Program-made: the position numbers and the translations under genes
Shown here: piece by piece, positions 23,481 through 37,990 of the stretch
Layout of the letters: each line of letters starts with the position of its first letter
Numbering within the stretch: position 1 is the stretch's first letter
The notes under the pieces: model-generated
The model's database searches: none
What the model saw: the letters and a program-made list of their open reading frames with translations, nothing else
What the model was told of the DNA's origin: nothing
NCBI RefSeq assembly: GCF_963921235.1
Contig: NC_086118.1
Coordinates: 24,182,001 to 24,246,000, forward strand
Origin: Mobula hypostoma
Lineage: Eukaryota
DNA: 64,000 bases
Direction of reading: 5' to 3'

Positions 23481-26400
23481 GTGGCCTCTTTAGTAGGGAC
23501 CAACGCCCTGGTTACGCACGGCGCTTGGGGTGTGTCCACAGCCACTTTCCAATCCCCGTCAGTGTGCGGTAGGAGGGCCGGACGCCGGCTACCGGGGGAT
23601 CACCCGTCATCGTTCGCGCTGCCCTCCTGTTAAGCCATAGGTGGCAGGCCACTGTACCATCCGCGGTTGTAGGACTCACAAACAAACTACAAACAGGAAA
23701 TGCCAGCGTTGCTGCTGCCAGTTTTAGCAAGCTCTGCAAAGTCAACGCAAGCAGCGCGCGTCTTCGCCATAAACTAGACTGTAGTGCAAAACGACTCCAA
23801 TAACGGCCGCATTTCGGGATTCGACACCCCACTTAGAATATTTCAATTTTGCGCATTTTCTCTGAATCTGCTGATTTAATTCATGATTCCTATCTCAGAA
23901 TGAAGCAAATAAAAAAGCCTAGATTTTTACGAATGAGTATAACAAACTTGTTAATTTTATAATGGGTGTGTTGCGGTGAGTTGTTGGGAGAGATTCTTGT
24001 CCGAATTCACGGGCGGATGTTCCCGCCCCGTTCATAGGAACGCTCACAGTTGCGATGCATCATTGCAAGGAGCGCTATCCAGGAATACCAGTGACTCAGT
24101 TCCTCTGGTTGCAGTTAGCCTCTCCCCTCCCTTTCTGTCTCTGCGTTGTTTATAGATACAGAGGGAAACAAATCGGCAAAGGCAACAAGGGAAATCCTGC
24201 CCATTACTCAACTGAATGAAACAGCAATGTCAATGGGAACTCCCTCTGGTCAGGGCAGAAGAATGATAGTTCCCTTAAAATTACTATGACAATTCATTTT
24301 TTTTCTCAGTAGTATGGCTCACCCTTGTACCTATACATAGTACTTAGCACGAGATCATTTCGACATCTATGGTCAGATAAGGTATAGAAAAATGTAACTT
24401 TATTTAAATAAGGACAATATAGTCAATAGGTCAGATAGCATCAGTGGAGAGATAGCAGAGCAAACGCTTCAGGTTGATGACTATCCATCACAAGAAATAA
24501 TGAAAATCATCATGAGATATAAAATAATGTTTAATCTTCAATACATTCAGTTTTCTGTTTCTATTTCACTTTTCTAACATCTGTGGTGTTTTGCAATGGT
24601 TTTACATCTATTAGTAATATTGATCACCTGTGGCATTGGTCATGAGGTGCTTTACATCTGGCATTTAATTTTTATGTATAGGGAAGTGTTCTTAGGTTTC
24701 ACATGGGTAAATGTGGTTCAACTGGCATATATTGTTGAAATACAGAAATCAGTCACTTAAATCTGCCCCTTCACAACTCATTTCACATCCAGTTGAAGTT
24801 CAAAGTAAACTTACCATCAGAAAGTACATATATATATCATGATATACAACCCTGAGCTTCATTTTCTTGTGGGCATATTCAATAAATTCATAATAGACTT
24901 ATAACCATAACAGAATTGATGAAGGATTGCACCAACTTGGGCTTTCAATCAGTGTGTATAAGACAAGAAACTCTGCAACTACAAAAAAAAGCAATGTATA
25001 TCGAGAACATAAGGTGAAGAGTCCTTGAAAGCGAAGCTGTAGGTTGTGGGAACAGTTGAATGATGCAGCAAGTGATGTAGCCCCATTACTGCCTGTAGTT
25101 TGCAAACAGTCCTTCAAGCTTGAGTTGATTCCCATGAGCATACATACTCAGGATATAAACCCATGAAAATTAGCATTTTGCAGCAATTTCCTTCTTCAAC
25201 ATATGATTAAGTGTTTGAAAGACCAAACTCTTTGGGCTTTGACAGTGGGTTGTAAGTTTGGAGGACAAATGATGCCTTGGGCACTGGGAGTGTGTGTGAG
25301 GTGGTAGGGAGGTACTACAGTTTGGGGAGAGGAGATGAAAGCAAGCAAAGAAAATCTATTTAAATTCATGGTGACCAGAAAACAATATAGGTCAGCATAC
25401 AAGGCAATCATTTGTTGTAGACAGATTAATGAAAATACTTTTCAACCTGCCAGAACCATTTCAAAAATTTCAAATTTTTATTATAAAATTGCTGATAAAT
25501 AATATCATTGTATTAAAACAATGCCATTGATCAGCAATAAAATAATGTTCAAGTCAGTTCCAAGTGGTCAAGAATTGGAGAAAATTCCACTCAGAATGTC
25601 AAGAGCAAGTGCAATAATCTTCTCAGATACAAACAGATTTGTAGCATTATCAGTGACTGCAATTTATATCAGTTTACTTTGGGAAGAAGAGTTGTGAATA
25701 ACAAAAGGTTAAGAAATGTGGCCAAGTGGAAATGTCACAATAAAAGACAATTGACTCCTTTGGAGAGAATCAGAAAATGTTTCAACACAAATAAGTGTTT
25801 TGATTGGATACCAGAGGGATTGGGTGATAAAGAAGGAAAATGTAGAAAGGACTTGGTACTCAAGTGTTGAAGCAACATATCACTGATCATTGTACAGTAT
25901 TTGATGGCTGTTGTGGTGAAAAAGATTCATCAGGGTATGTTTTAAAGTGTGGCTCCTCTCTGTATGGCTCTACAGACCCATCTTTAAAGTCTATATGTTT
26001 GTAAAAAGGAGCAGTCATGATCTTAGGCTTAATTTCAGGCCCCTCATTTCTCAGGCTTGTTAGCTGGTAGCCTCACAGAGTTAGATTGTCTGCCACCCTA
26101 GAATTTTTGACAGCTTTCCAAGATTATTGGAAGGTATAAATTGTCGAATGAAGTCAATTAGATAGGGTTGTCATTAACATAATTTATTTTATAAGTTATT
26201 GTGTAAAGCATGAACAGCCACCCATCAGACATTCATAAGGTGTTTTTGCAGTTTTCTTTATGAAAAAGAAAGGCCCATCACTTTGTCTAAAGAGGTCATT
26301 ATAAAGATTTCTTGGACCATTGATTCATTCTGGAATAATTCCATTTATCCTTCCCCTATCCTGGGTATAACAATGCAGAGAATTGTCATTATTAAATATA

Positions 26401-26687
26401 CTGATGCAGCAGAATGTCTTGTTATATAAAGATGAGGCAGAAATTACAGATTCTTTGTCCTCTAAAGATCACTTCATTCAAAATGTGAAAATTAAAAAAA
26501 CTGCAAATACTCAAAAAGCTAAAATAAAAACAGGAAACACTAGATATACTCAACAGATCAGGCTGCATTGGCAGAAAGAGAAACAGTATTAATCTGTCAA
26601 TGCGCGGACAGCATTTTTTTGGTTTAACCTTCACCAAAAGATCGTGGATGTCAGGGTTGCTGTCTCAATTAGTTCCTGGCTGGTTTG

Positions 26688-27015
26688 ACAGCACAGTAGC
26701 ATAGTGGTTAGCATAATGCTCACAGCGCAAGCAATCGGGGTTCAATTTCTGATACCTTCTGCAAGGAGTTGGTACATTCTCCTTGTGACCGCATGGGTTT
26801 CCCTTGGGTGTTCTTGTTTCCTCCAACTTTCCAAAGACTTATGAGTTAGTAAGGATTAATGAGTTGTGGGCATGTTATGTTAGCGGCAGACACATGGTGA
26901 CATTCGCATAATGCACCCCCCCCCCAACCCGCCAGCACATCCTCGGATTGTGTTGGTTGTTGACACATTGCACTGCTGGTTTCAATGAGCATGTAACACA
27001 TGAAGCTAATCTTCA
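26688..27015 (+). mobile_element. V-SINE/HE1-like tRNA SINE
   Basis: A box TAGCATAGTGG, B box GGTTCAATT, V-domain-like core. Confidence 0.7.
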
Positions 27016-27589
27016 ACCTTAAATGTCATTCAATATGTTCAGCAGGTAGAATATGATACAACCTGGTTCACATCTAATTTCACAATTGTCTGTCCTTGTT
27101 ACACGTAAAAATTGTACTTAACAGTTATCAAACATTTTTGTCCTGTTATTTAACCTTTTATCCTTTTGTCTCCTCTGTATGGAGCAAATCGCGTAATTCT
27201 GATCCTATATCTTGTAGTTTTATTGTCTTATGGAATGGTCTCTGACTATATTTTTACTTGTTTTAATGTTACTCTTATATGAACACGTAGCTTACTCCAT
27301 GACAAAAATAATTTAAGGAAATCTTGACAGATTGAAATACCAAAGACAATTGGATGAGTGCTCTTTTCTGCAGCACACTGAGCATTAAGAAAGTATAAGT
27401 GGAACATTTACTTGAATGCAACAGGCAAAGCAAATAGTTCATGGTATTGTTTAAGTTTCTACTTGATGCAGTAATTACTTACATTTTCATTGGCTGCAGA
27501 GGTTCTACAGAGCCCTCGGTTAATGGTAGGGGTCCATGGCATAAAAAAGGTTGGGAACCCCTGGTTGTCAACAATCACCACTTCTTCTT

Positions 27590-28180
27590 AAGCACAAGTG
27601 GTTCTGCCAGGAGCGACAACAAGTCCCTGAGAGTCTGTCATGGTCATCTGCTGCATCCAGTTCTTCCAGTGTGATCTTCTCTACATTGTGGAGATCTGAT
27701 GTAGATTGCATGACTGCCTTCCCAAGAAACTTTGCTCCATATGCCACAAAAGGTGGCATTACCCAGAGGCCACCCATCTTAATTCTACTTCCCATTTCCA
27801 TTCTGACATGTTGGTCCATAACCTTCTCTGTGGTCCTGATGTCCACTCTCAGGCTGGAGGAATAATAACTGATGTTCCATTTGGGTAGCCTCCAACCTAA
27901 TGTTCTGATTATTTATTTCTCTAAGTTCTGGTAATAGCTCCATTTCCCTCCTTCGCTCTTTTTCCATTTCACATTCTGGCTCCCCTCTTACTCTTTCTCT
28001 TTCGTTCACCTGCCCATCACCTCGCTCTCGTGCCCCTCCTCCTTCCTCTTCTCCCATGGTCCACTGCCCTCTCCTATCAGATTCCTTCTTCTTTAGCCCT
28101 TAACCTCATCCACCAATCACCTCCCAGCTTCTCGTTTCATTGCCCCTCCCCCACCCGCACACTTTCTTCCTCTCCTGGTT
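27590..28180 (+). mobile_element. Degenerate Penelope-like fragment (GIY-YIG end and pyrimidine-rich tail)
   Basis: Similar to 62170-62800. Confidence 0.65.
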
Positions 28181-30626
28181 TCAGAATCAGAATCACTTTA
28201 TTGCCGATATGTGAAACATATTAGTATTGATAATGGTTTGGTGCCAAGCATAAAACACAGGACAATGCCTTACAATAGATACTTTATTGATCCCAAAGGA
28301 AATTACAGTGTCACAGTAACACAGCAAGTGCACAGATATACAAATATACAAATATTAGAAGAGAAGTAGGTAAGAATTGAAAAAATTTACCTTAAGCAGT
28401 CTAACAGAAGGGGGGGGGGTCATCACTTCCCTGGCTATTGGCTAACCCTTTATAGCGCTTAATGGCTGAGGGTAAGAATGACCTCATATAGCGCTCTTTG
28501 GAGCAGTGCAGTTGACTTATCACAATCAACAACTTACAAGACAATAGTTCGAACAGCCATGAACAAATGACAATTAGCAAAATGGTCACATGCCCAAATG
28601 TCAATCATCAAATTTAAAATAAATATGAACATATGAACATACTTAATAATTATCAATGGAACAAGAAGAGCACCTGTCAATTTCTACGGTCTCCACCTTT
28701 TTACTTTAGTTCCTTCCCCACCTTTTTTCCAGTCCTGATGACCGTTTATTCCTCTGCATAGATGCTGCCTGACCTGCTGTGTTTCTTCAGCAACTGGAGT
28801 GTGTTTCTGACAATTTCTTTTCTTTTAATAAAACTTTTATACCTTCCTTCTCCACACTTTGTAAACTCAAAATATAATCATACAAGACTGTTTCTTCCTG
28901 TTTTCCACAATAATGAAAATAAAACATTGCAGATTCTGGATATCTGAGTTAAAAGCAGAGAATGCTGGAAACAATCTTTGGGCACCTGCATAGAGGCAGA
29001 GAAAAAGTTTCATGTCAATTATCTAAGTGGAATAATATGTCTTTCTCAGACTGATAATTAAAAACTCAATGAATTCTGTGTTTGACTTCTCCAACTGATT
29101 AAGTTATAGCAATACTAAGTATATTTATTTAATAACATTCCTGTGAATACACATTTAATTAATAACATGCTTAAGCTTCTAAATGATTTGCTATCAGATT
29201 GTGAGTGGAACTGCTTTTTTCAGTGGGATGAGAATCTTCGGAATTCTCAACCAAGAGAGCACTTTGGCTGAGTCATTGAATATGTGAGTCAAGGGTTTGG
29301 GTAATGGAAGAAAAAGTAAAGCTGTGACCAGGGTTAATTCAGATTAGTCACTGAATAGCACAGTTGGCTCAGTCAGTGACATGGAGTGTTACTACTTTTT
29401 CCAATAAAACAAAGGAATTACTCTTTTTTTTATTGAGTGCTTCTTAGAAATACGTAGTTAACATTTCCTGTTACTCACTTATTTCAATGAGAACATCTTA
29501 GTTTAATTTAGATGTAACACACCCTGAAGCATTCTTCCTGAGATAAGATCGAATGATGTATTGTTATTCTTGAGAGAGTCACAGTTGAATGTGCATTTTG
29601 AAGGACATCTGCTGAGCAGTCAGAGGGAGAGCCCAGTGTCACCTACTGTTCACACAATTATATTAGCTGTCCGTCAGAAGGCGAAGGATTACTCCTATCG
29701 TTTGTCATCTTGTCCAAAAAGGAAATCTGTTCACACTTCCTCATGTCTAATTTTGTAGCATGAAGTAATTACATTACATATTTTTGAACATCAAGATTAC
29801 AATGGACAGAGAATATAGATTTTAATTTAGATTCCATATATAATTTATAATTAAACCCCATATGAATTGTGTTGTGCATGATAATCAGGCTGATATCCAT
29901 ACTAACTGCCATCAGTTGATGACAGAATTTGTATGTTCTTTGAGGTTCTTGTATTTGCCTAACATGAAATGTGATGTAAATCTAAATTGGTCAAACAATA
30001 TCCTAGTTTGTTTAAATCAACATAATATTTGATGTAATGCTTAGAGTCAGTTAACTGCCTAAACCTGATTTCTACTTTGGTTTTAAAAAAGGCACCCAGT
30101 ATTGACAAAGGAAGCTACATGCTGTTTTTGAAATGAAAGCAAAACAAAATGAATGAGCTGAATAGAAGTGAACTGCCCCAAAGCATGATGTCCCACTGTT
30201 GCATCTGTGAAGCTGAAGACTATTACTCCTGTTCTTCTGTTTGATTCTTTTAATCACATTTGGCTCTCTAACTCCCTCGCACGTAATTAGTGCTGGCTCC
30301 ATGCCACCAGACCATTTTGTGGTATTGCCTCATTAAGATATACAGTAAGTTTTTATTCTCAACAATTCAGCTCCAGATGCCATGTAGATTGCTATCTGAA
30401 TCTGACTATTTCACCAAAAGGAATCTACAATTCTTGTTAGTGCTTGCATAAATTATATTAGCTGGAATTTACAAATCTTTATTGACACCTAAGGCAAAGG
30501 ACTAAGGAGAATAGTGCCAGAACCCCAAACACAATAAGTGAGGACAAGGTAAATCACTACCTTGCTTTTACATTATGCCTGTCTTTATGTTTGCCGCTAA
30601 TTATAGCTTTGTATTTCAAAATAAGG

Positions 30627-31012
30627 TACTGTGCAAATGTCCTGAGCATATATACAGCTGGGGTGCCTAAGAGTTTTGCACGGTACTGTATTTGTCAATG
30701 TGGAATGGAGAGCGAATTTGTAAATCTGGTGGGAGCAAAGGATGTTGGGCACGGCGAGGGTTGAACACTGTGGGACAGGTGGCAGAGAAGGATCGCCGGG
30801 GTAGGGGGTGCCGTGGGTGCAGACCCACCCAGTCCTGAGACACCAAGCCAGGTCATTTGATTCCAAACATTTGGTTTATTGATCATTGCAGAATGTCTCT
30901 CTGGTGCTTTCCGCTCCTTCCCCTCTCCATTCCCATTTCCCCAACCATGATTCCCCTCTCTCTACCTCCTTCTCACTCTCAGTCCACAATAGAGACCCAT
31001 ATCAGAATCAGA
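30627..31012. repeat. Dispersed repeat; unrearranged counterpart of the element inside the 6798-7545 fold-back
   Basis: Colinear with 7010-7190 and then 7546-7700. Starts with a TACTGTGCAAA...TTTGCACGGTA mini-palindrome. Confidence 0.7.
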
Positions 31013-34000
31013 AAAGTACAAAAGTTACAAAAGTAACTGAACACTGCAAAAGCAAATAGAGGTAGACGCACCACACCTTAATACATGGTGACTGACTGCT
31101 GTAAAAAGGGAGAAACAAGTGGGAGGCTGAGGGAGGGGCCGTGAGTTTGGGTGTGGAGGAGAATTGGCATCATTTAGTAAAGGAAATTGAGTATCATAAC
31201 TTCTCCTGGTCTTCATGCTACAGGCATTGTGCACTGCTTGCTGTTTTATAGCTTCAGGACCAGCATTTAGTTGTAGCCTCTGCTGTCTGCGCAGAGATTG
31301 CTTGATCCATCACTACTGTCTCTCAAAACCCGCCATCAACCGTCCCCTTCCTGGAGCAAACTGCCTGTCATCTTCTCAGACCACCAATCACCTCAGGCTC
31401 TTGCTTCACTACTCTCACCATGTTCTTTACACTAGCCTTCTTCCCTCTATATTTTCAGTCTGTTGAAGGGTTTTGGCTTGAAATCTTGATGATTCCTTTC
31501 CCTCCACTGATGCTGCTCAGCCCATCGGTTTCCTCCAGTAATTTTTTTGTTGCTGTAGTTACCATCACCTGCAATCTCTTGTGTCTCCTTCTGACCAATC
31601 TTGCCAGCTGTGCTGGCAAACCAGAATTAAAAGGTGATGGTGAGGTCCTTCCATTAAATTTGGGAGGACCTTGGCATTCCCATAATTTTCACGTTCAAGT
31701 TCAAGCTCTATTATCATTCAACCATACACAAATATAGCCAAATGAAACATTCCTCCAGAACCAAGGCGTAAAGCTCAATACCAACAGCACACAGCACATA
31801 GCACATAACACATAGCACAAAGCACAAATAAAATATATGGCTATGTTTTCAGAAAAAAACATACAATCACCACGAATAAAGAATATAGCCCTGAGTCTCC
31901 GAGTGTCCAGCTTGTTCTTCCACTGAGCAAGCACTGGAGAGCAGCACGGAGCAAACACTGGAGGGCAGCATCGAGTGAACACTACAGAGCAATACCGATG
32001 GGAGGGGTCAGCCGCCAACCCAGAATGGATTCCAGCGTGCCCAGAGAGACCGCTCCCACAGCACCGCAGCATCTCCGCACCACTGGGTCACTGCAACAGG
32101 TGACCGCATGACCTAGGCCTAGTCCTTGTCGAAACTGAGATAACGCAGCTTCCCCGCCGTCAGCCATGCCAATGAACCAGTGAACCGGACATACAGTATT
32201 CTACATTACCGATGTCTAACAGGGTCTTGCGATCACAATTAAAACATCCAAGATGAACACTCGCACCTTTTTTAGGACCGTGCACCGTCCAACAGTACAC
32301 AGCTAGTCCAGGTGACAACACAAAAATGTTACGCAGTCGAGCCAGCTCCATCACTATCGAGCAACCCACTGAATTGATGGCCCTGTATTACTTGATGTTG
32401 TTAGTATCCAGCTATGACTTGTGATCTTAAAATAAGACATACAAGATGATCCAATACACCTTTGTTTGGATCCAGACACACCACCATCTTCAGGTTTACA
32501 CCCACGTCACCCCAACTCCATCAATCACACACTTCCTATAACCACAGTAAATATGGCTGCAACTGAAAGCAGAGTTGCTTATCAGTTCTCTTCAATAAAT
32601 TTTGCAAGAAGATAACAAATAGAAACACGAAGCAGGACAGCTTTTAGGACCTGCCTTTCAATTCAGCAGGATGCCTGTTCTTCAAACTCGTTCGCTTACC
32701 TGCTAATTCCCAAATGAGCACATCACCTTTTGAAATGTTTGTAGCACAACAGCAAGTTTCATTGTGGGGAGGGAGGATGATGTAAAGGAGCTTCAAATGA
32801 ACACAGATAAGCTGTGTGTGCAACAAAGTGGCGGACGTAATATAATGTGAGAAAATGTGAAGACTTCCACCTGGATACGCTATTTCACATGGTAAAAATT
32901 AGGTTTATTTTATCATATGCATATTAAAACATACGGTGAACTGTACCAGGAACTGTACCATCAATTTGTAGGATATGTTGCTCAAGGTCTTGGACTAGAT
33001 ATGTGTGGTTTTGCATGACTACTTTTTTTTTGGCTTGCTATTTTGAATGTGCTGTGTATGTTTTGCAGCTTGGCCCGAGAGGAATGCTGTTTCGTTCGGC
33101 TGTATCATGTATGGTTGAATGATAATTAAACCTGATTTGATTTTAAATTATTTGAAATGTGTTGTTGGCATCAAATCAATTCAGCTAGGATTGTGCCGGG
33201 CAGCCCATAAGTGATGCCACTCTTCTAGTGCCAACATAGCATGCCCACAACTCACAAACCCTAACCTATAGGTCATTGAAATATGGGAGGAAACCAGAGC
33301 ACCAGGAGGAAACCCTCACATATATGGGGGAGAACGTAGAAACTCCTTACAGACAGTACTGAGAATGGAATCCTGATCACTGTAAAGAGTTATGCTAACA
33401 CTATGCCACCATGCCATCCAGTGCTGATGGATTGAATAGTATTAATGTTCAAAGCAATCAAAATGTCTTTGTATACAAGTCACAGAAAGCCAACACATGG
33501 GTGCAGCAAGCTAATGGAATGGGGAATGATATACCATGTTTTGTTTGTTTTAGTATGGGGATAAAATGTTCTTATTTATTATGAAGGGATTGGTTGATTA
33601 CTGTTAATCTTGGATACCTTTCATCAAGTTGCTGTTAGTATCAAAGTCAAGTATACATTGTTCTGTTTGCGGACTTACAAGTGCATCCACACTGGGATTC
33701 GTTCTTTTTTTTAAAGCAGTAGCTCATTGTGAAGCACTTTGCATTTCATTTTCTTGCTAGCTTCTCTGATCTCCTTGCACTTGACTGTCATTTGTTCCCT
33801 ACCTCCCTTTGCAGAAGTGAAAATGTTGCGAAAGCTCAAGGATAGCTTCATCAACTAATAAATCTGTGACACAGCTACTGAACAACAGATCTTATTCAGA
33901 TTGTATTGGGCAACTGGATTGCATAACACCGAGCTACAGGCAAAAATCACAGGACAAGACAAAAGGAGCTGTCACCCATTTACTGAAAGTTAAAAGAACA

Positions 34001-35379
34001 AGCAGACTACCCAATTTTGCAGACTAATTAATTCAGTGAGCTGTGAAAGTGAGATTCTATGTATATACAGTACTTCTATGTCTATGAATTCTGATTGGAA
34101 CAAGAGTTAACATACATAGAGTGTAAAGAAGTTATAAATAAAGGCTAAATGTGTTGACATAAGGCTGATGTAGTAAAGGCGCCATTCCAAAGATTAAGCC
34201 AAAAGATATTATGGCACAATTTTATGTTTACTATGATAGGCTCATTCTAGAATTTTGTCCTGCAATTTTCCTCTTTTTGTCCTGCAAAAGTTTCCTAGGT
34301 CTCAGGGTTTCAACATTGTAGAGCCAAGTATCTATTCTCTATTTGCCTTGTATTCTGCATTGTGCATTTATTATGGTAACTAGTTTTCATTAGTGGAGGC
34401 GTGGTAAAAGTGAAGGGAACAAGTTACGCATTCTTGCTTATTTCATGGCAGTTTGTAGCTTGGGACGGGCGGAGCCCATATCTTTGCTGACTAATGAATA
34501 TCATTGAATAATGCTTAGCTTACATTTGAGTATGCTTACATTCATCTCTTCAAGATCGTATGTTTGCTAATTGCTAATTAAGGATCAAAGTTATGGATTT
34601 GACTCTTTGGAACAGTCATTTCATTGGAGCTGAGGGTGCGTCATGCAAATATAACAACCCCATGGTGGTCGCAAACTACAGGTAATTGTTTTCTTTTGAT
34701 CTTGGATTAGTTTTGCTGCTACAGACATGCCAGTCAATTGTCTAGAGTAATAGACACATTCTATCTTACACAACATCATGTGAAATCACAATGTACAGTA
34801 TTCCAGTAGCTCTCAATCGCCTGAACAGCAGTTGGTCTTTTGTCTGTGCTTCTACTCCAGTCGTCCTCATTACTGGGAAATAATTAGCCTGCTAAGATAT
34901 TTTTTTCCACAGGAAGAAATTGGCATAGAATTTGTAGTTTGCAAAAGCTTGTAATTTATGTAAAATAATTTTTGATTGATCAGGGCATTAGACATTTAGT
35001 GTGAAATTCCATAGATTATTCTGGAAGATATGAAGAATGATCATTTTTAAAATCAAAATGACTCGATACTGGATAAATCACGACTCGTAGATAGCTATGC
35101 CAAGGACAGAACAGTAGTACACAGTTTGTTCAACTTCATTCATTCTGGTGTGCTTCCATTACCTGGGAACTGAATCTAAGAACAGTGAAGATTATTCCGT
35201 ATATGAAAAATGTCAATATTGAAATTACAATGTAATTTAACAGGCTTTTCTTTCTGTCTGATTGTGACAGTATAACTTGGTTTTACATCTTACTGTAAGT
35301 AAACTATACCGTTATGTTGTGTTGGCAACAAATTACTTTTCTGCAGCTCTTGGTCATTTCCAAATTTTTAAGCTTCTAG

Positions 35380-35920
35380 AGACCCAAGTTCAAATCCCAT
35401 CATGGTGGCTGTGAAATTTAAATTCAGCTAATAATCTAGAATTTGACAACAAAATAAAACTATTGGTCTCAGTAATGATGACCATGAACACTTGTCATAA
35501 AAATTTATGCATTTCACTCATATCTTGAAAGGCACAAAATCTGCCTGGTCATGTGACTCCCAACACTACTATGTGGTTGATTCATAGATGTCCTTTGAAG
35601 TGGCCTACAGCATTGTTTAATATAATAGTCTCAGACTTGGATTGGATGCTCCAAGTTGAACTTGGAAAGTTCTCTTCACAAACACCTGAGACTAGTGTCT
35701 AAATTGGGAGAGCTGTCCCACAGACCAGCCAAGCAGCAACTTGAAAGAGCACTTCTGTGGGATATGTGTCTCACACACACCCATCACAATCTCCAGACAA
35801 ATCTTGCTCCACCGGCAAGAAGGACCTGTCAGAAGTGATGGAACACTGGTTGATAGTCAAGAGGTAGTTGTCTTCGGTGCCCTCGATGTTGATTCCAGAT
35901 GCTGTGCATCAGGTCAAATA
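35380..35920 (+). mobile_element. Ancient SINE-like head followed by a degenerate LINE endonuclease start
   Basis: B-box GTTCAAATCCC, then residual peptides LVSKLGELSHRPAKQQ and HRQEGP. Confidence 0.45.
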
Positions 35921-36049
35921 AGGAGCAAACAAGCCCCCTCTAACTGTACTCCTTTATCTGATGAATCAGTGTTCCTCCATGTGAAACAACATCTGGAGAA
36001 ATCAGCGAAAACAGTAAGGGCAGAGAATGTTCCTATCACCCAGTATCAC

Positions 36050-37685
36050 TTATACCCATGGTGATGAAGTGCTTCAAGAGGATGGTGATAAAATCTATGA
36101 ACTCTTGCCTGAAGAGCAACTTGGATCCACTCCAATTTGGCTACCATGACAACAGGTCAGCAATGGAAGCCTTTTCATTGGCCCTTCTCTCAACTCTAAA
36201 ACATCTGGACAGTGGAGATGCATACATCAGGATGCTCTTCGTTGAATACAGCCCAGCACTCAATACTATCATCCCCTCAAAACTGAAAAAAAGCTTCAAG
36301 AACTAGGCTGCAATATCTCCTTGTGCAACGGGATCCTCAACTTCCTCACATGCAGACCCCTGTCAGTTTGGATTGGCAACAACATCTGCACAATCGCCAT
36401 CAGCACAGTTGCACCAGAAGGCTGTGTGCTTAGACCCTGCTCTACTTGGTTTATACTTATGACTGTGAGGCTAACCAAAGCTCCAATGCCATATTTAAGT
36501 TTGCTGATGACACCATTGTTGTTCACCAAACCAAAAGTGGTAACAAATCCACGTATAGGAAGCAGATTGACAACCTGGCTGAGAGGCGTCACCGCAACAA
36601 CCTCTCACTCAATGTCAGTAAGACCAAGGAGCTGATTATTGACTTCAGGAGGAGGAGACCAAAGGTCCATGAGCCAGTCCTCATTGGGGGATCAGAGGTG
36701 AAGAGGGTCAGAAACTTTAAATTCCTTAGCATTATCATTTCAGAGGTTCTGTCCTGGGTCCTCACATAAACAAAGGCATCCGTTAGTCTTGCGAGACCAT
36801 GGATCTGCGCCTGGAAAGTCTTCACTCTCCAGGGCGCAGGCCTGGGCAAGGTTGTATGGAAGACCAGCAGTTACCCATACTGCAACGACACCAATGTTGT
36901 CCAAGGGAAGGGCATTAGGACCCATACAGCTTGGCACCAGTGTCGTCGCAGAGCAATGTGTCATTAAGTGCCTTGCTCAAGGACACAACACATTGCCTCG
37001 GCTGAGGCTCAAACTCATGACCTTCAGATCGCTAGTCCGATGCCTTAACCACTTGGCCACGTGCCCACTAAGTCCTCACATAAGTGCCATTACAAAGAAA
37101 GCACAACAGTTCCTCTGTTTTCCTAGAAGTTTCTAAAACTTTGACAAACTTCTATAGATGTATGGAGGAGAATTTATTGACAGATTGCATCATGGCCTTA
37201 CATGGAAACACTAATGGCCTTGAAAGGAGAAGCCTACTAGAAGTGGATACAGCCCACTCCATCAGGAGGAGAACCCTCCTCTCCACTGAGCATATCCACA
37301 TGGAACACTGTCACAAGAAAGCAGCATCCATCATCAAGGACCCCCACCATCCAGGCCATGCTCTCTTCCTGTGGTTACCATCAGGAGGACCGTACAGGAA
37401 CTTCAAGATCCACACCACAAGCTTCAAGAATAGGCTTTTGAATAAGGGGATAATTTCACTCAACCCATCACTGAGCTGTTCCCACTACCTATGGACTCAT
37501 TTTCAAGGACTCTTCATCTCATGTTCTCGATATTTGTTGCTTATTTATTTCTGTTATAATTTTTTCTCATGTGTGTTTGTCTGACTTGTTAGATGTGGTC
37601 TTTCATAGATTCTATAGTGTTTTGTTGTATTTACTGTGAAAGCCCGCAAGGAAATGAATCTCAAGGCTGTATATGGTGACATATA
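36050..37685 (+). mobile_element. Rex1/Babar LINE RT fragment with a SINE insertion
   Basis: Peptides LDPLQFGY..YIRMLFVEYSPALNTIIPSKL, FKFADDT, NNLSLNVSKTKELIIDFRR, IIKDPHHPGHALF. Confidence 0.85.
36770..37066 (-). mobile_element. tRNA-derived SINE
   Basis: Reverse complement of 37687-37990, with A box TGGCCAAGTGG. Confidence 0.85.
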
Positions 37686-37686
37686 T

Positions 37687-37990
37687 GCACGTGGCCAAGT
37701 GGTTAAGGCATTCGACTAGCGATCTAAAGGTCATGAGTTCGAGCCCCAGCTGAGGCAGCGTGTTGTGTTCTTGAGCAAGGCACTTAACCACACAGTACTC
37801 TGCAACGACACTGGTGCCAAGCTGTATTGGCCCTTGCCCTTCCCTTGGACAATATTTGTGTCGTGGAGAGGGGAGACTTGCAGCATGGGCAACTGCCGGT
37901 CTTCCATACAACTTTGCCCAGGCCTGCGCCCTGAGGAGTGAAGACTTTCCAGGCGCAGATCCATGGTCTCACAAGACTAACAGATGCCTT
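37687..37990 (+). mobile_element. tRNA-derived SINE
   Basis: A box TGGCCAAGTGGTTAAGG, B box GAGTTCGAGCCC, TTGAGCAAGGCACTTAACC core. Confidence 0.85.

Larger units (their letters stand above)
20850..24200. promoter_or_regulatory. CpG-enriched promoter / 5' region of PMP22
   Basis: Visibly many CpGs even in AT-rich stretches, unlike the CpG-depleted flanks. GC-rich core at ~23500-24050. Confidence 0.7.

Noticed and set aside
32560..32830. Distal PMP22 first exon ending at the GCAG|GTAAGC donor near 32700
   Set aside because: Only a donor-like motif, with no promoter or other support.
37687..37760. tRNA genes at SINE heads (also ~56423 and ~26690)
   Set aside because: The A/B boxes run into SINE bodies, with no complete cloverleaf.
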